From Verrucomicrobiota bacterium (lineage in GTDB: Bacteria; Verrucomicrobiota; Verrucomicrobiia; Limisphaerales; UBA11358): a DNA stretch of 64,000 nt. This document shows, piece after piece, positions 63,258-64,000 of this stretch. A program made the translations under genes and the position numbers. The notes beneath the pieces were generated by a model. That model worked only from the letters and a program-made list of their open reading frames with translations, was not told the origin of the DNA and ran no database searches. Position 1 is the first letter of the stretch, and each line of letters begins with the position of its first letter. The stretch is from positions 7,465 through 71,464 of the forward strand of contig JBEKKN010000001.1 in assembly GCA_050010675.1 (NCBI GenBank), given 5' to 3'.

Positions 63258-64000
63258 ATGGACTCAGCACACATAAGAAATTTCAGCATCATTGCCCATA
63301 TTGATCACGGCAAGACCACGCTCTCGGACCGGCTGCTCCACCGCACGGGCACGATTGCCACGCGCGATATGGAGGCGCAGTTGCTCGATTCGATGGATTT
63401 GGAGCGCGAGCGCGGCATCACCATCAAGGCGCACCCGGTGACGATGCTATACAAGGCCAAAAACGGCGAGACCTATGAGCTGAACCTGATTGATACACCC
63501 GGCCACGTGGATTTCGCGTATGAAGTGTCGCGGAGCTTGAGTGCCTGCGAAGGGGCGTTGCTTGTGGTGGACGCGGCGCAAGGCGTCGAGGCACAGACGG
63601 TGGCGAATTATCATCTGGCGTCGAAGCAAAACCTGGAAATCATCCCGGTCATCAACAAGATTGATCTGCCGCATGCCAATATCGCACAGGCCAAGCAGCA
63701 GCTGGAGGAGGTTTTGGCGGTGCCGAGCGAACTGGCGATTCTCTGCAGCGCCAAGGAAGGCATTGGCATCGAGGACATCCTGGAAGCCATCGTCGCGCGG
63801 GTGCCGCCGCCCAAGCCGACAGGGCAGGGGAGTTTGCAGGCACTGGCGTTCGATTCGTTTTTCGACACCTACAAGGGCGTCGTTACGCATGTCCGCGTGT
63901 TCAACGGCGAGCTGAAGGCCGGCCAGCAGGTGAAACTGTTGCATTCGGGAAAAAATGTCGAGGTGAAGGAGGTCGGCAGCTTCAATCCCAAACCTTACAC
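63258..64000 (+). CDS. lepA: elongation factor 4 (partial; runs off the window)
   Basis: My own translation from ATG 63258 gives [27 protein letters not shown]...[10 protein letters not shown]...VINKIDLP. Confidence 0.95.
   Translation, partial: MDSAHIRNFSIIAHIDHGKTTLSDRLLHRTGTIATRDMEAQLLDSMDLERERGITIKAHPVTMLYKAKNGETYELNLIDTPGHVDFAYEVSRSLSACEGALLVVDAAQGVEAQTVANYHLASKQNLEIIPVINKIDLPHANIAQAKQQLEEVLAVPSELAILCSAKEGIGIEDILEAIVARVPPPKPTGQGSLQALAFDSFFDTYKGVVTHVRVFNGELKAGQQVKLLHSGKNVEVKEVGSFNPKPY

Overview
This is a 64-kb chromosomal window, GC-rich by eye. I found about 68 protein genes and no rRNA, tRNA, CRISPR array, transposase, integrase or phage genes. The gene content and the mosaic intergenic repeats (CTCGCCCCACC and GTAGCAGC...GCTGCTAC modules) look like a PVC-group, Verrucomicrobia-like bacterium, but that is a guess.

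Layout:
- 0-4.6 kb: hpf and rpoN are divergent, followed by four minus-strand envelope and stress genes.
- 4.7-49.5 kb: a 45-kb block that is almost entirely plus-strand; one MFS gene is the only exception.
  - Stress-type genes: aldehyde and alcohol dehydrogenases, VIT, grpE plus a J-protein, SDR, YceI, Nnr, CsbD, dodecin, an RNB RNase, two DUF2934 proteins, DUF5069 and a cNMP-binding protein.
  - Carbon genes: an ABC-2 exporter, then rpiB, glgP, ackA, pgi, a PRC-barrel protein and phosphoketolase.
  - Envelope and sugar genes: DUF3300/DUF2950, a four-gene ABC/MFP/FtsX/OMF exporter, class I aldolase, manA, a PMM-like HAD, GH130, and an H+ P-type ATPase.
- 49.5-58.4 kb: a mostly minus-strand segment (queG, aroK, maf, an ECF sigma/anti-sigma operon, an M20 peptidase, an orphan receiver). 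It is rich in mosaic repeats and bracketed by a roughly 70-nt inverted repeat.
- 58.7-64 kb: a hybrid histidine kinase, msrPQ and the start of lepA.

Main finding: a 17-18 nt dyad, (ATGGGGT-N4 or GTCGGGT-N3)-ACCCCAT, occurs eight times.
- All eight copies are intergenic and in the same orientation.
- Each sits exactly 22 nt upstream of a position-matched hexamer, five of which fit a -10-like TAnnnT.
- At 7 of 8 sites an ATG follows 6-11 nt after the hexamer.
- The eight sites divide the plus-strand block into eight tightly packed units of stress, dormancy and carbon-reserve genes.

I read this as a candidate alternative-promoter or activator regulon with leaderless transcripts. I do not recognise it as a described consensus.

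Other points:
- The H+-ATPase carries a roughly 300-aa K/P/E-rich tail that contains DUF2934 units.
- Transaldolase and PPK2 survive only as gene remnants.
- A 58-nt repeat module is inverted between two otherwise collinear repeat copies.
- queG contains a heptanucleotide repeat inside its coding sequence.
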